Source: a virus (Duplodnaviria > Heunggongvirae > Uroviricota > Caudoviricetes). From it: DNA of 64,000 bases. Within the stretch, counting starts at the first letter, position 1. Each line of letters opens with the position of its first letter. Where the stretch lies: positions 1-64,000 of the IMG/VR virus record IMGVR_UViG_3300010403_000021, one strand, 5' to 3'. The notes under the pieces are model-generated. The model was given only the letters and a program-made list of their open reading frames with translations. It searched no databases and was not told the DNA's origin. Shown here in pieces: positions 55,016 to 63,987 of the stretch. Position numbers and translations under genes: made by a program.

Positions 55016-55249
55016 ATGAACTTTAGGCACATGGCCGATTTCATCGCTCACAACGGCACTGACGACGTTGACCTTTACCGCCGACACGTCAAGGCATGTG
55101 TCATTGCGGATGACAGCGGAGCGTTTCCGTTGTTTCCCGAATGGTTCGGCATCTACTACGCCGAAATGAACGTCGACTACGGTTTCAAGACGCGTCTTAT
55201 CCGGCGTCTCAAGTTCATCAAAGCTGCTTTCACGGGAAAGGTTGCCTGA
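55016..55249 (+). CDS. hypothetical protein
   Basis: ORF, GC-rich codon usage. Confidence 0.45.
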   Translation: MNFRHMADFIAHNGTDDVDLYRRHVKACVIADDSGAFPLFPEWFGIYYAEMNVDYGFKTRLIRRLKFIKAAFTGKVA

Positions 55250-55250
55250 C

Positions 55251-55520
55251 ATGCGCGTTGTCATTAAGGAATACAAGGGTCCGGGTGGGGAAATTCTGGA
55301 CTTGCTCAACGTGCTGGTGTTTCCGGATCGGGCAAACAACGTCGGTCGTATGGCCGATGTGCGGGGTGCGGACAACCGTAAGCCGCGTTCGTGGCAGATC
55401 ATGTGTGCAATCGGAGAGACGGAAACGTTCAACTCTACCGAAATGCTCTACATGGTTCGGAACGTTCACACCGGGCAGTGGACGATTGCGTTTCTGTCCG
55501 AACTCGGAAACCTCTACTAG
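55251..55520 (+). CDS. hypothetical protein
   Basis: ATG one nt after upstream TGA. Confidence 0.45.
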   Translation: MRVVIKEYKGPGGEILDLLNVLVFPDRANNVGRMADVRGADNRKPRSWQIMCAIGETETFNSTEMLYMVRNVHTGQWTIAFLSELGNLY

Positions 55521-55602
55521 CTAGGATTCCCTACGGTATTTATTGGTCCGTGCATTCGATTGCGAATAGGGAGCGCATTAACAATCGATGAAAGGTTGTC
55601 TA

Positions 55603-55872
55603 ATGACCATTCTCATGACTCCCGGTAAAACCCTTGACGAGTGCAAGGTCGAACAGATCAGCAAGACGCCTGCACTTCAGTGGGTCATTGACCACGTGGT
55701 GCACGGTGCAGTGGTGACCACTCACGGCATGTGCGGTTTGGTCGCTGCTGAACCGCGTACGGCCAGCAATGGCGCTTCGATGTTCCACTGCTACGGTTGC
55801 AACCTGACCCGCGTGGCAATGGAATTCCGTCCACAACCGTACAAGATCACCCGTTACGACTTTCTTTACTAG
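55603..55872 (+). CDS. hypothetical protein
   Basis: SD AAAGG. Confidence 0.4.
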   Translation: MTILMTPGKTLDECKVEQISKTPALQWVIDHVVHGAVVTTHGMCGLVAAEPRTASNGASMFHCYGCNLTRVAMEFRPQPYKITRYDFLY

Positions 55873-55880
55873 GGGTCACA

Positions 55881-56240
55881 ATGTACGAAGACGCGCATTT
55901 GGATGCCTCTTATGAGGATCGTTTCGCTGATGAGGTCTACTTTGGTAACGGACCTGATTGGGACCTACGCGATTTTGACGATTTTGATAACGACGAAAAC
56001 GAATGTGAGGGGCACGAAAGTCTGAACGGTGGCGACATGGGAGTTACCCGCTACTGTGACGGCTCTTGTGTGGTTTCAGCCGCTCCATTGCATTCGGATT
56101 CCACACAGATTCACCGCGCTGCCAATGGTCACACCATGAGCTATCGAGTCAAGCCCAATGGTGACCTCAGTCAGCATGATGCGACATGCGTTTACGATTG
56201 TCGTGCGTGTCAGAATGGTGATCAGCGTCCGGATTGGTAA
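55881..56240 (+). CDS. acidic Cys-rich hypothetical protein
   Basis: internal ATG of track ORF 55797. Confidence 0.4.
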   Translation: MYEDAHLDASYEDRFADEVYFGNGPDWDLRDFDDFDNDENECEGHESLNGGDMGVTRYCDGSCVVSAAPLHSDSTQIHRAANGHTMSYRVKPNGDLSQHDATCVYDCRACQNGDQRPDW

Positions 56241-56312
56241 AGCTTTTAATTCCCTCGGTTTAGCCGTGGCATTCAATTGCAAGGGAATTGTTTCCAATGA
56301 AAGGTGACAACA

Positions 56313-56690
56313 ATGGGAACTCCTAAGATCAATAGCACCGACGCCGCGTTCATTTACACTTTGGGCATGGTGGTCGGTGCTAACCCTGACAAGATCTACA
56401 CCATGCCCAATGAAATTGGGTGTGCCTACGTGCACCATGTCGACGGTGGTGGCCTGTGTGACGGCTGTCTGATCGGGACGGTACTCGTCAAGATGGGTGT
56501 GCCACGTGAGTGGTTCATTGAGGTAGACGCCAACACTGGCAAGGGTGCTGGTCTGGTGTTGGCGCAGTTCGGTTTCAGTCGTGAAATCGGCATCGCTGCT
56601 GATCGAGCGCAGAACGTGCAAGATGGCGGATCACCGTGGTGGCGAGCCGGTGAGGAATTCCTTTACACCTACGCTCAAATCAAGGCCTAG
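56313..56690 (+). CDS. hypothetical protein
   Basis: ORF. Confidence 0.45.
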   Translation: MGTPKINSTDAAFIYTLGMVVGANPDKIYTMPNEIGCAYVHHVDGGGLCDGCLIGTVLVKMGVPREWFIEVDANTGKGAGLVLAQFGFSREIGIAADRAQNVQDGGSPWWRAGEEFLYTYAQIKA

Positions 56691-56813
56691 CAACAAAGTC
56701 GGGCGCGACTTTAAACACGCCGGACGGATAATGGTTAATAGGGTTCATGGCCTATTCAAAGGTTCGATTCCTTTGGTCCGTACTCATGTAAAAGCTAAAT
56801 TGGAGGAAAGTAA

Positions 56814-57296
56814 ATGGCTCTTAGGTCCATTACCTCTTACATGTCAGGGGCTTTCAAGAGTCCTGGTGACCTTTTCAATGATGCTTTCGAATTCCTGGCA
56901 GATAAGGAATTCGATACGATGATCGGGACCGGTCTTTCCGGATCACTGATCATTCCGGTTTTGGCCAGGGAATTCGGTTCAGATTTCAATTGGGCCATCA
57001 TTCGCAAAGATCCTGGCAGCTCTCATGCCTCTACCGAATTGGAAGGGTATATCGGTAAGCGTTGGATTTTTGTAGATGATCTGATCGATTCCGGCGCAAC
57101 TTTGAAGCGTGTTAAGCAGGTGGTTGCTGATCGCTGCAAGGCTAATTCCTACTGGGACGGACATAAGACCGAATATGTGGGTACGTACCTTTACCACACA
57201 CGGCGTTGGTATCCCGCTGATCACCAGGTGGGCTATTACGTGAATTGCCGTTGTTTGACGTGTGATGCCTTAGAATCACGTCGTTACTCCTACTGA
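56814..57296 (+). CDS. type I phosphoribosyltransferase-domain protein
   Basis: RWIFVDDLIDSGATL PRPP-binding motif; GTGLSGSLIIPVLA flexible-loop region. Confidence 0.6.
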   Translation: MALRSITSYMSGAFKSPGDLFNDAFEFLADKEFDTMIGTGLSGSLIIPVLAREFGSDFNWAIIRKDPGSSHASTELEGYIGKRWIFVDDLIDSGATLKRVKQVVADRCKANSYWDGHKTEYVGTYLYHTRRWYPADHQVGYYVNCRCLTCDALESRRYSY

Positions 57297-57310
57297 ACAA
57301 AAAGTAAATA

Positions 57311-57423
57311 GAGGATATAGTTCAATTGGATTAGAATAACTAGCATAAGATACATCCCCACACATTGAATTGGGATGAATAGCTTATGTTAGATAGATGA
57401 GGGTTCGAGTCCCTCTATCCTCG
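57311..57423 (+). ncRNA. AT-rich extended tRNA-like gene (113 nt): perfect acceptor GAGGATA/TATCCTC, D-arm, T-arm GAGGGTTCGAGTCCCTC; anticodon position replaced by a 10-bp stem plus inner hairpin
   Basis: folded by eye; 10-bp helix CTAGCATAAG/CTTATGTTAG encloses ATCCC-13nt-GGGAT. Confidence 0.4.
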
Positions 57424-57879
57424 CTACCCTTAATGGGTATTGTTAAATAGTTCGGCTTCCCGCGCTTTTGCCCGGAAAACAAGTGTAAGCCCGAATGCGA
57501 ATAGCATTGGTCACTAGGTTGGCTACTACGGTCCCAATCGACACGGCTGTATGCGTGATTCGAGCCGTCAATTACCTTGCTCATGTGCATATACTCTATG
57601 ACGGTAAAGAGTTGGAAAGTGTGCACCGTAGGCGTTATCGATTGCGCGACAATATAAATGTCGGTGTGGAGACGCAAAGTCCAATGCGCTATCAATATGG
57701 TCATTGACCTGACAGTTAGCACTAGGGCGATACCACTTGAGTGGGAGTCAGAGAAACATAAGCAATTGATAAGCGACCTTTAGGAGATAATAAAAACAAG
57801 CGGCGGTTATATCATTATATTATGGTATCGCTAAGTGCGGGACAAATAAACAAAACCCGCTTTAACGAAAGGCGTAACA

Positions 57880-58107
57880 ATGGATCTTGCTAAAGTGCAA
57901 AAGCTAAATGCCGCTGCACATTCTCTTGATTCTTGGGTAGAGACGCTAGCGTTTTACGTTGAAAATCCTACGGCGGTTCCGAATAGAGCGGCTACCACGT
58001 TTGCAACACGTGAGGAATTCATTGAGCACATCGGTTGCATGATTGGACACTATCAAGACGAATTCAATGCCGCGTACAACGATATTCCGGAATGGGTGAG
58101 TAAATGA
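57880..58107 (+). CDS. hypothetical protein
   Basis: ORF. Confidence 0.45.
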   Translation: MDLAKVQKLNAAAHSLDSWVETLAFYVENPTAVPNRAATTFATREEFIEHIGCMIGHYQDEFNAAYNDIPEWVSK

Positions 58108-58589
58108 CTAAGCTGACTCCCGCTGCCAAGCGTTATGCGCTGGAATTGGTCAAGCGCCGGAAGATTCAAGATGAGCACGCAAATTGCGTTCAGCCTGGTT
58201 TTGTCGTCAGATACGGCGTGCGGCTCAATGACAATGATGAATTTGTCGAGCGTCCTTACAGCGTGCCAACGTATGAAACCGACCATCACAATAACTGCCA
58301 ACTGGCACGCATCATTCCCCGGAACTACTGCCGACACGGAAATTTTGTTGGCGACCCGTGGGGACCTGATTACATGTGCGGGTTTTGTGAGAATGGAGAC
58401 GATCTCTCACTGTATGAAATCGCATTGGACGATGCGAGAGAACATCAGCGGCGTCTCACCGAACACGTGGTTGAACGCGCACAAAAGGCAGTGCTAGAGG
58501 AACTAGTTTCGATCTATAAAGCCGATGCCAATATGGCCGAATGGATTGACCCTGATGTAATCGCAAAGTTGGTCCGCGCTGGTGACTGA
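58104..58589 (+). CDS. Cys/His-rich hypothetical protein
   Basis: ATGA overlap. Confidence 0.45.
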   Translation: MTKLTPAAKRYALELVKRRKIQDEHANCVQPGFVVRYGVRLNDNDEFVERPYSVPTYETDHHNNCQLARIIPRNYCRHGNFVGDPWGPDYMCGFCENGDDLSLYEIALDDAREHQRRLTEHVVERAQKAVLEELVSIYKADANMAEWIDPDVIAKLVRAGD

Positions 58590-58913
58590 CGTGTATGGCT
58601 TAAGGTGCCCTAGAGACTCCACACAGCCTCTAGACGCGCCTAGGGTGCACGTACCCTACCCGAGACCATTTGATCTTGTTACAGACGAAATGAGCGGCCA
58701 ATGTTCATCTTGATTGCGAACGTCGTGAGCAATGATGGAATCGTCGAAACAAAGGAATACGCGGACTTTCCTTTTGTTCCCGCCATGCACACTAACTTTT
58801 TGGTGCGCAACACGTTGATTGCCATTGATCGAGTTGATATCGATCCGATTGGTCTGGCCGGAACTCCCATTGTGACCATTAGTGGCAGGGTCACCCGATA
58901 GCAAAGGATTGTC

Positions 58914-59279
58914 ATGTATCTGTTGGTGATCACTGCTCCCGAGACTGGTCACACTAAGTCCATTCGGGTGGCTGACACGGAAAACATTCCCCTTTGGGCT
59001 GAATTCGATAAGGTTTGTGAGGCTGAAAAGGAATATCGAACGATCACCGTGTGGGATGTCGAAAAGAACGGCAGTCTCTATTCTTACACGGTGAATCGCC
59101 CCTCACGAACGCCTGAGCCCATCGATATGCAAAAGGTTGACGAGTGGGTTAAGGAATATCTGATGAACGAACGGGGTGAAATCAGTAAGATTCAAATGAT
59201 CAAGCTGACCCGTGAGCGATTCAACGGCCTGGGGCTTAGGGAAGCATTGGCCATTGTTCAGCCTTATTTCGTCTGTTAG
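58914..59279 (+). CDS. hypothetical protein (possible partner of downstream Fic)
   Basis: ORF; 8 nt upstream of fic start. Confidence 0.45.
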   Translation: MYLLVITAPETGHTKSIRVADTENIPLWAEFDKVCEAEKEYRTITVWDVEKNGSLYSYTVNRPSRTPEPIDMQKVDEWVKEYLMNERGEISKIQMIKLTRERFNGLGLREALAIVQPYFVC

Positions 59280-59287
59280 GGGAGATA

Positions 59288-59758
59288 ATGAATCTGGCAC
59301 GTGTTGCGGCCATCGCGGCAGATGAGGCAATCAGGCAAAAGGTTGGCATCAAGGGGTTCGCTGACTTGCTTAAGGCTTATGAGTTGGCGTCTCACATGTC
59401 CGCATATGGCACGTTGCAAGAATTGGACGTGTTGGCCATTGCTGCCCGTGTGAATGGCCTTGATCTGATTGACTACCGTCATACTCCAGTCACGTTTCCG
59501 AACATGACGGTTGCTCCGCATCACAGCATTATCCCAAACGCAATGCGTTCTATGTTCGCATTGGTCAAATTCATTGGGTCTAGCCATCCCGATGACGCAA
59601 ACGTTATTGACTCGACTGTAGACGGATGGATTAAGAACTTTCTTGACATTCATCCTTTCATTGATGGCAATGGCAGAACGGCATGGATTCTGCGAACGTG
59701 GTTGCTGAATCAGTGGGATTACCCATTCCCATTGCCCAATTACTACGGTGAGGCTTAA
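59288..59758 (+). CDS. Fic/Doc-family protein
   Basis: HPFIDGNGRTAWIL = Fic motif HPFx[DE]GNGR. Confidence 0.75.
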   Translation: MNLARVAAIAADEAIRQKVGIKGFADLLKAYELASHMSAYGTLQELDVLAIAARVNGLDLIDYRHTPVTFPNMTVAPHHSIIPNAMRSMFALVKFIGSSHPDDANVIDSTVDGWIKNFLDIHPFIDGNGRTAWILRTWLLNQWDYPFPLPNYYGEA

Positions 59759-59911
59759 ATGAATATCAACCCGCGTGCGTTGGTTCTGTTGTCAACCATG
59801 ATGTTCACTACGGCAATGTTCGCTTGGAAGCTTGCCGGACCATATTGGGTGACCATGCTCATTCTCACCATTGTTTACGGTCTGTTTCTTTCCCTGGTGA
59901 CTGTGAACTGA
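59759..59911 (+). CDS. small membrane protein (50 aa)
   Basis: ATG overlaps fic stop (TAAATGA); 2 TM; not in track. Confidence 0.35.
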   Translation: MNINPRALVLLSTMMFTTAMFAWKLAGPYWVTMLILTIVYGLFLSLVTVN

Positions 59912-60045
59912 TGACATGATTTATCGAATAGGGAGGCACATTCGAAAGTATTCACTAGTATATTTCCTTTTCTTTGTGCTTATTGCAATGTGCACTCTGA
60001 TTACGCTCAAGCAATATTCTATTCTTTCTACCTAAGGGGTTTCAA

Positions 60046-60210
60046 ATGTCGGTGCTCAACGTCACTGCCGGTAAGTTCATCACCGTTGCCGGTATCCGAC
60101 GCAAGGTGTTCGCGGTCTACCCCGTCAAGGGCGCCCGTTGGTTCCTGGTGAACGACGTCAACGGCAACCGCAAGCCCGTGATCTACAGCAACTCCCACGT
60201 TTTCGCCTGA
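60046..60210 (+). CDS. small hypothetical protein (54 aa)
   Basis: SD AAGGGG; followed by terminator hairpin. Confidence 0.4.
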   Translation: MSVLNVTAGKFITVAGIRRKVFAVYPVKGARWFLVNDVNGNRKPVIYSNSHVFA

Positions 60211-60239
60211 TAGTCGCTTTAAACCAAACCAATAGATAG

Positions 60240-60268
60240 GGGCACCGATCAAAACAAATCGGTGCCCC
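60240..60268 (+). terminator. 11-bp hairpin GGGGCACCGAT-CAAAACAA-ATCGGTGCCCC
   Basis: perfect inverted repeat. Confidence 0.5.
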
Positions 60269-60292
60269 CTTAACCCAAAAGGGGTAAAGAAA

Positions 60293-61009
60293 ATGACCGA
60301 TATCGTTAACACTGAGACTGCCACCGTTGTCAAGCCGCTTGTTTATGACAAGGATGCGCGCTCCGTGCGTATCGAGAATGCGGACGATTTCCGTGTGGCT
60401 GCGAAGTTCTTTGGCATTCCCGTTAAGGCTGCTGGTCGCCTGCCGTTCAAGGCCCTTGCTCAGCACGTTCTGCGGCTGAATTGGGCCATTGTGCCCACTG
60501 ACCTTTTCAACAATTCGGTTGCGCTGGGCGGCACGACTAGTGTTCCCAAGGATAAGAGCGTAGAGACCGTGTGGAACGTGAGCTACCGCAAGGTGCACGC
60601 CAACGGCGGAACGGGTCCGATTCAGACGGCTACGGTCACGCTGGCCGATGTCCGTAAGCACACGGGCGAAAAGGCAGGGCGAATTGGTCCCAAGCGCGTC
60701 ATGGTGGCGCTTGCTGCCAAGCTTGAGACGACGTTGGACAAGCTGACCACGGCGGGGCACACGTTCGCCAATGCGCAGTCTGAGGACATCACTACGGCCA
60801 TGCTGGCTGGCACGGTGAGCGAGGTAGACCAGACTCCCGTTCCGGTGGTTGAGGTCAAGTCCGATGAATCCGCCGATTCGACCGGATGCTTGGTTGGCGC
60901 GGTACTGGCCGAGGGTGAGCACGCTACCGACGAGCAGATCACTGCGGCCATCGCTGCTGGTGAGTCTGAGACTGACGACAGTGAGACCCGCGCTGCTGTT
61001 CTGGTCTGA
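60293..61009 (+). CDS. hypothetical protein with acidic C-terminus
   Basis: strong SD AAAGGGGTAAAG; preferred over antisense ORF 60158-60922. Confidence 0.5.
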   Translation: MTDIVNTETATVVKPLVYDKDARSVRIENADDFRVAAKFFGIPVKAAGRLPFKALAQHVLRLNWAIVPTDLFNNSVALGGTTSVPKDKSVETVWNVSYRKVHANGGTGPIQTATVTLADVRKHTGEKAGRIGPKRVMVALAAKLETTLDKLTTAGHTFANAQSEDITTAMLAGTVSEVDQTPVPVVEVKSDESADSTGCLVGAVLAEGEHATDEQITAAIAAGESETDDSETRAAVLV

Positions 61010-61115
61010 CGTCTGCTAGACCGTTTTAATTAGAGGTTAGTTAGCTTGGCATTAGTGCTGCGCGATGCGTACTAATGCCTTGCTAGATATCCGACTGATT
61101 AGCGGAGGTAATTCA

Positions 61116-61367
61116 ATGTTCATGGACATGCCGGTTTTTAGCATGGATAATTTCACACCCGAATCCTATTATGAACATGATGGAATTCGGGTGGAAATCG
61201 AAAAGGTCGGCGGGGGAACTATTGGTAGGAAGTATATCGGCAATTGGTTTTACCGGGTGATTGTGCATGGTGTATGGACGACTAGTGGTAGTGACTATGT
61301 CACCAATACAGCCAAGTCACATCACCAGGTGGCTTTTGATCTTTGGGAATACTTTACTAGGGAGTAA
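61116..61367 (+). CDS. hypothetical protein
   Basis: SD GGAGG before internal ATG. Confidence 0.4.
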   Translation: MFMDMPVFSMDNFTPESYYEHDGIRVEIEKVGGGTIGRKYIGNWFYRVIVHGVWTTSGSDYVTNTAKSHHQVAFDLWEYFTRE

Positions 61368-61368
61368 A

Positions 61369-61638
61369 ATGCATAACGGATATTACTTTCACTTTTACAA
61401 TGGTGAAACGGATATTAGCGGTAGTATTCATGCGGAAGGTGATGCCGATTGTGCAATCATTTGGCATGAAATTGATGGTCACATCATGTCTTTTATTCCC
61501 GCCGGTTTTGGTTGGTGGCAAGCCGATGACATTACCGAATCATTCGGTTACGGCTATGACCACTGGCGAAACCAGGAATTCGATTCAATGGAATCAGCCC
61601 TGGCGGCTATTATTGAAGCCGCTTTGATGTGCGTTTAG
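61369..61638 (+). CDS. hypothetical protein
   Basis: ORF. Confidence 0.4.
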   Translation: MHNGYYFHFYNGETDISGSIHAEGDADCAIIWHEIDGHIMSFIPAGFGWWQADDITESFGYGYDHWRNQEFDSMESALAAIIEAALMCV

Positions 61639-61646
61639 GGGATTGA

Positions 61647-61973
61647 ATGACCACTAAAGTCAAGGTGGAAAAGCGCACGCTTAAGCCCGGTGATTTGATC
61701 ACGCTTGAGTTTGCCTTTCACTCACTGATGAAAGCAAAGGTGATTGGTAAGGGTTGTCAGTATTTTGATGAGCGTAGAGATAGTGTGCGTGTTGTCATGA
61801 CTGCTGGTTACCCTGATTATTGGAAGGGTCGCATTATTGAGGTGCCGCGCTCTACCATTCGATTCCGTGATTTGGTGAATGAAAGGCGTATGCGTGCCGT
61901 TGCGTGGCCTTTCAATTGTGAATGGGATACTGAACCCGTTTCATGCGGTATCAGCGACGGCTATTACGATTAG
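61647..61973 (+). CDS. hypothetical protein
   Basis: ORF. Confidence 0.45.
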   Translation: MTTKVKVEKRTLKPGDLITLEFAFHSLMKAKVIGKGCQYFDERRDSVRVVMTAGYPDYWKGRIIEVPRSTIRFRDLVNERRMRAVAWPFNCEWDTEPVSCGISDGYYD

Positions 61974-61981
61974 GGGATTCA

Positions 61982-62230
61982 ATGCTTGACATTGCTGAAA
62001 TTGAAAAGCTTTTGGAACCGGTTGGCGATAAGCCGTATCAGCGGTTTGTGTGGGATTACATTGGTAACGAAACGCGTACCGTTGTTTATGATATGCATCA
62101 TGGGGGAAGGGAAGTAGCAACCTTTCTCAATGGCATCGCTGCGCAAATGGTGTGTAGTGATTGGAACGCCAGGCATGACAACGGTGAACGGCTTTACACC
62201 TTGGGTACCGGTGTGGATGGGGAGGACTAG
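61982..62230 (+). CDS. hypothetical protein
   Basis: ORF. Confidence 0.4.
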   Translation: MLDIAEIEKLLEPVGDKPYQRFVWDYIGNETRTVVYDMHHGGREVATFLNGIAAQMVCSDWNARHDNGERLYTLGTGVDGED

Positions 62231-62664
62231 TGCACATTTTCGGCGTCGGCGCTCAAACGGCCCGTGAGCAACTGATTCGGGTTGGTAATGCCCACTATGA
62301 CCGGAACCTGTACGTCAAGGCAGCGACCAGTCTGGACACCCGCAACGGTGAACGGTGCCGTATCACGTTGGGTGTTCATAGCTCACGTGCCAAGGGTGCC
62401 AGGCGTGCGGCTAGTGGTCGGTTGTGCGCTGCGCCATGCTGGCACGCCCATTACGATGTCATGTACGCCATTTTGAAGACCAACCCAGATGCGCGTATTA
62501 CCACTAGCCGTATTGGTGACATTGTTTACAACGGGTTGAGTGATTTCCTGTTGAGTGCACCCAATACCGCATATATCAATGTGGGCAATTACATGCAAAT
62601 TGCTTATCTGTGTGAATGCGACCATGACAACTGGGTATCGGCAATTGGACTGGTGAACGCATGA
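62230..62664 (+). CDS. hypothetical protein (GTG start)
   Basis: SD GGAGGA before GTG. Confidence 0.4.
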   Translation: MHIFGVGAQTAREQLIRVGNAHYDRNLYVKAATSLDTRNGERCRITLGVHSSRAKGARRAASGRLCAAPCWHAHYDVMYAILKTNPDARITTSRIGDIVYNGLSDFLLSAPNTAYINVGNYMQIAYLCECDHDNWVSAIGLVNA

Positions 62665-63038
62665 ATTCCAAGCAACTCGGTAAGTGGTTGGCCTGCAATA
62701 TCGCTTTTCAGGATGACCACTTGCAACACTTGGGTAGTCAAGGGCTTGATCGGGCTGACATCTCAACGATTCTGCGCGCGTTGGTGGATGGTAACTATAT
62801 CAATCCCGAAAGCTACGATCATTGGGACCTGGATAAGGTTCTAAAGGATATGAATGTGGTGTGCTGGGCTGATCGCGAGAGCTACGCACGCAATTTCGCC
62901 GATGTCGACGATGAATTCAATCCTTTCCATATGCCCAGTTGGGTGGAAATTGATTGGAAGTCGAGTGCCGACAATCTTTTGCAAGACATTCCGGTAATCG
63001 AATTGGGCGACCAATTTGTAACCTTTTACGAGGGGTGA
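62661..63038 (+). CDS. hypothetical protein
   Basis: ORF. Confidence 0.45.
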   Translation: MNSKQLGKWLACNIAFQDDHLQHLGSQGLDRADISTILRALVDGNYINPESYDHWDLDKVLKDMNVVCWADRESYARNFADVDDEFNPFHMPSWVEIDWKSSADNLLQDIPVIELGDQFVTFYEG

Positions 63039-63040
63039 CA

Positions 63041-63154
63041 ATGTGCACCTATTGTGTTCACTGTAGTTGCATCATTGAATTTTACCGGGGGCTTTGGTGG
63101 GATGTTACTGACGATTTCATGTGTCCCAATGGTGAAAACGAACATAAGCCTTAA
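63041..63154 (+). CDS. tiny Cys-rich protein (37 aa)
   Basis: CTYCVHCSC...C. Confidence 0.25.
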   Translation: MCTYCVHCSCIIEFYRGLWWDVTDDFMCPNGENEHKP

Positions 63155-63162
63155 GGATCAAT

Positions 63163-63558
63163 ATGAACCTGACGCGTGAATCAATCGGTGATGCTTTGGA
63201 CGTCTATGCTAAGCATCATGGCTCTACGGTCTATGAAATGCCGGGGTCAGAGTGCAAGTATGTCGAATGGGATTTTGACACTTGCACTTTGGTTGGTGGT
63301 TGTCTCTACGGGCATGTCATGACGGATCTAGGGATGTCTCTGGAGACGCTGGCAGACAACTGGGAAGGCAAAGAAATTAATGCCATTCTCAAGTCATACG
63401 GTGTCGATGACGCACGACTGATCAATGCAGCCTTGTGCAGTCAAAGGGTGCAAGACACGTGCGAATTGAGTTGGGCACATGCCGTACAGACGTTTCACGC
63501 AATTCTAGAACTCGGTACGCGTGACATCGATGCAAATGCCATCTATGGCAATGATTGA
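63163..63558 (+). CDS. hypothetical protein
   Basis: ORF. Confidence 0.45.
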   Translation: MNLTRESIGDALDVYAKHHGSTVYEMPGSECKYVEWDFDTCTLVGGCLYGHVMTDLGMSLETLADNWEGKEINAILKSYGVDDARLINAALCSQRVQDTCELSWAHAVQTFHAILELGTRDIDANAIYGND

Positions 63559-63579
63559 GTAGTTAGCGCGTATGCATCA

Positions 63580-63651
63580 CATTTAGCGCCGGTAAACGCC
63601 AAAAACGCTAAAAGTGCCGGGTAGATAAATGTGATGCATAGGCATAAACAC
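63580..63651. repeat. 15-bp perfect inverted repeat TATGCATCACATTTA ... TAAATGTGATGCATA separated by ~42 nt, at the right edge of the GC-rich island
   Basis: read directly; composition returns to AT-rich downstream. Confidence 0.55.
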
Positions 63652-63674
63652 TCAAACTTAAGGGGATAAATGCA

Positions 63675-63833
63675 ATGCTGGATGTTATCTATCTATTGGT
63701 GGGTTGGTGTTTTGTATCCATTTCCACAGTTGGCGTAGTAGCACTACCCGTAGGTTTTATTTGCTGTGTCATCAGTGATGCCAAACAAGCAAGGGGTAAT
63801 AATGCGAGCAGTAAGCATCGAATCATTTATTGA
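63675..63833 (+). CDS. small membrane protein (52 aa)
   Basis: not in track. Confidence 0.25.
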   Translation: MLDVIYLLVGWCFVSISTVGVVALPVGFICCVISDAKQARGNNASSKHRIIY

Positions 63834-63987
63834 GATTAAGTATGGTGATCCAATCAAGGATTACAATGGAAATAAATGGATTTTCGCCGGGGTGAGTGGA
63901 AAAGAGGTAGTAGTTCTAAAGAAAGGTAGTGATGTATTGCAAGTAATGTATCCAAGTATCTTTGATTTGATGCTGCTGGAGGTTTAA
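63802..63987 (+). CDS. hypothetical protein
   Basis: SD AAGGGG before ATG. Confidence 0.35.
   Translation: MRAVSIESFIEIKYGDPIKDYNGNKWIFAGVSGKEVVVLKKGSDVLQVMYPSIFDLMLLEV

Noticed and set aside
56076-56621. 181-aa minus-strand ORF in the GC-rich island
   Set aside because: Antisense to two + strand genes (55881-56240, 56313-56690); GC-rich frame artefact
60158-60922. 254-aa minus-strand ORF antisense to 60293-61009
   Set aside because: Arg-rich, low-complexity translation typical of antisense frames in GC-rich DNA; the + strand ORF has a strong SD and fits the all-plus gene organisation
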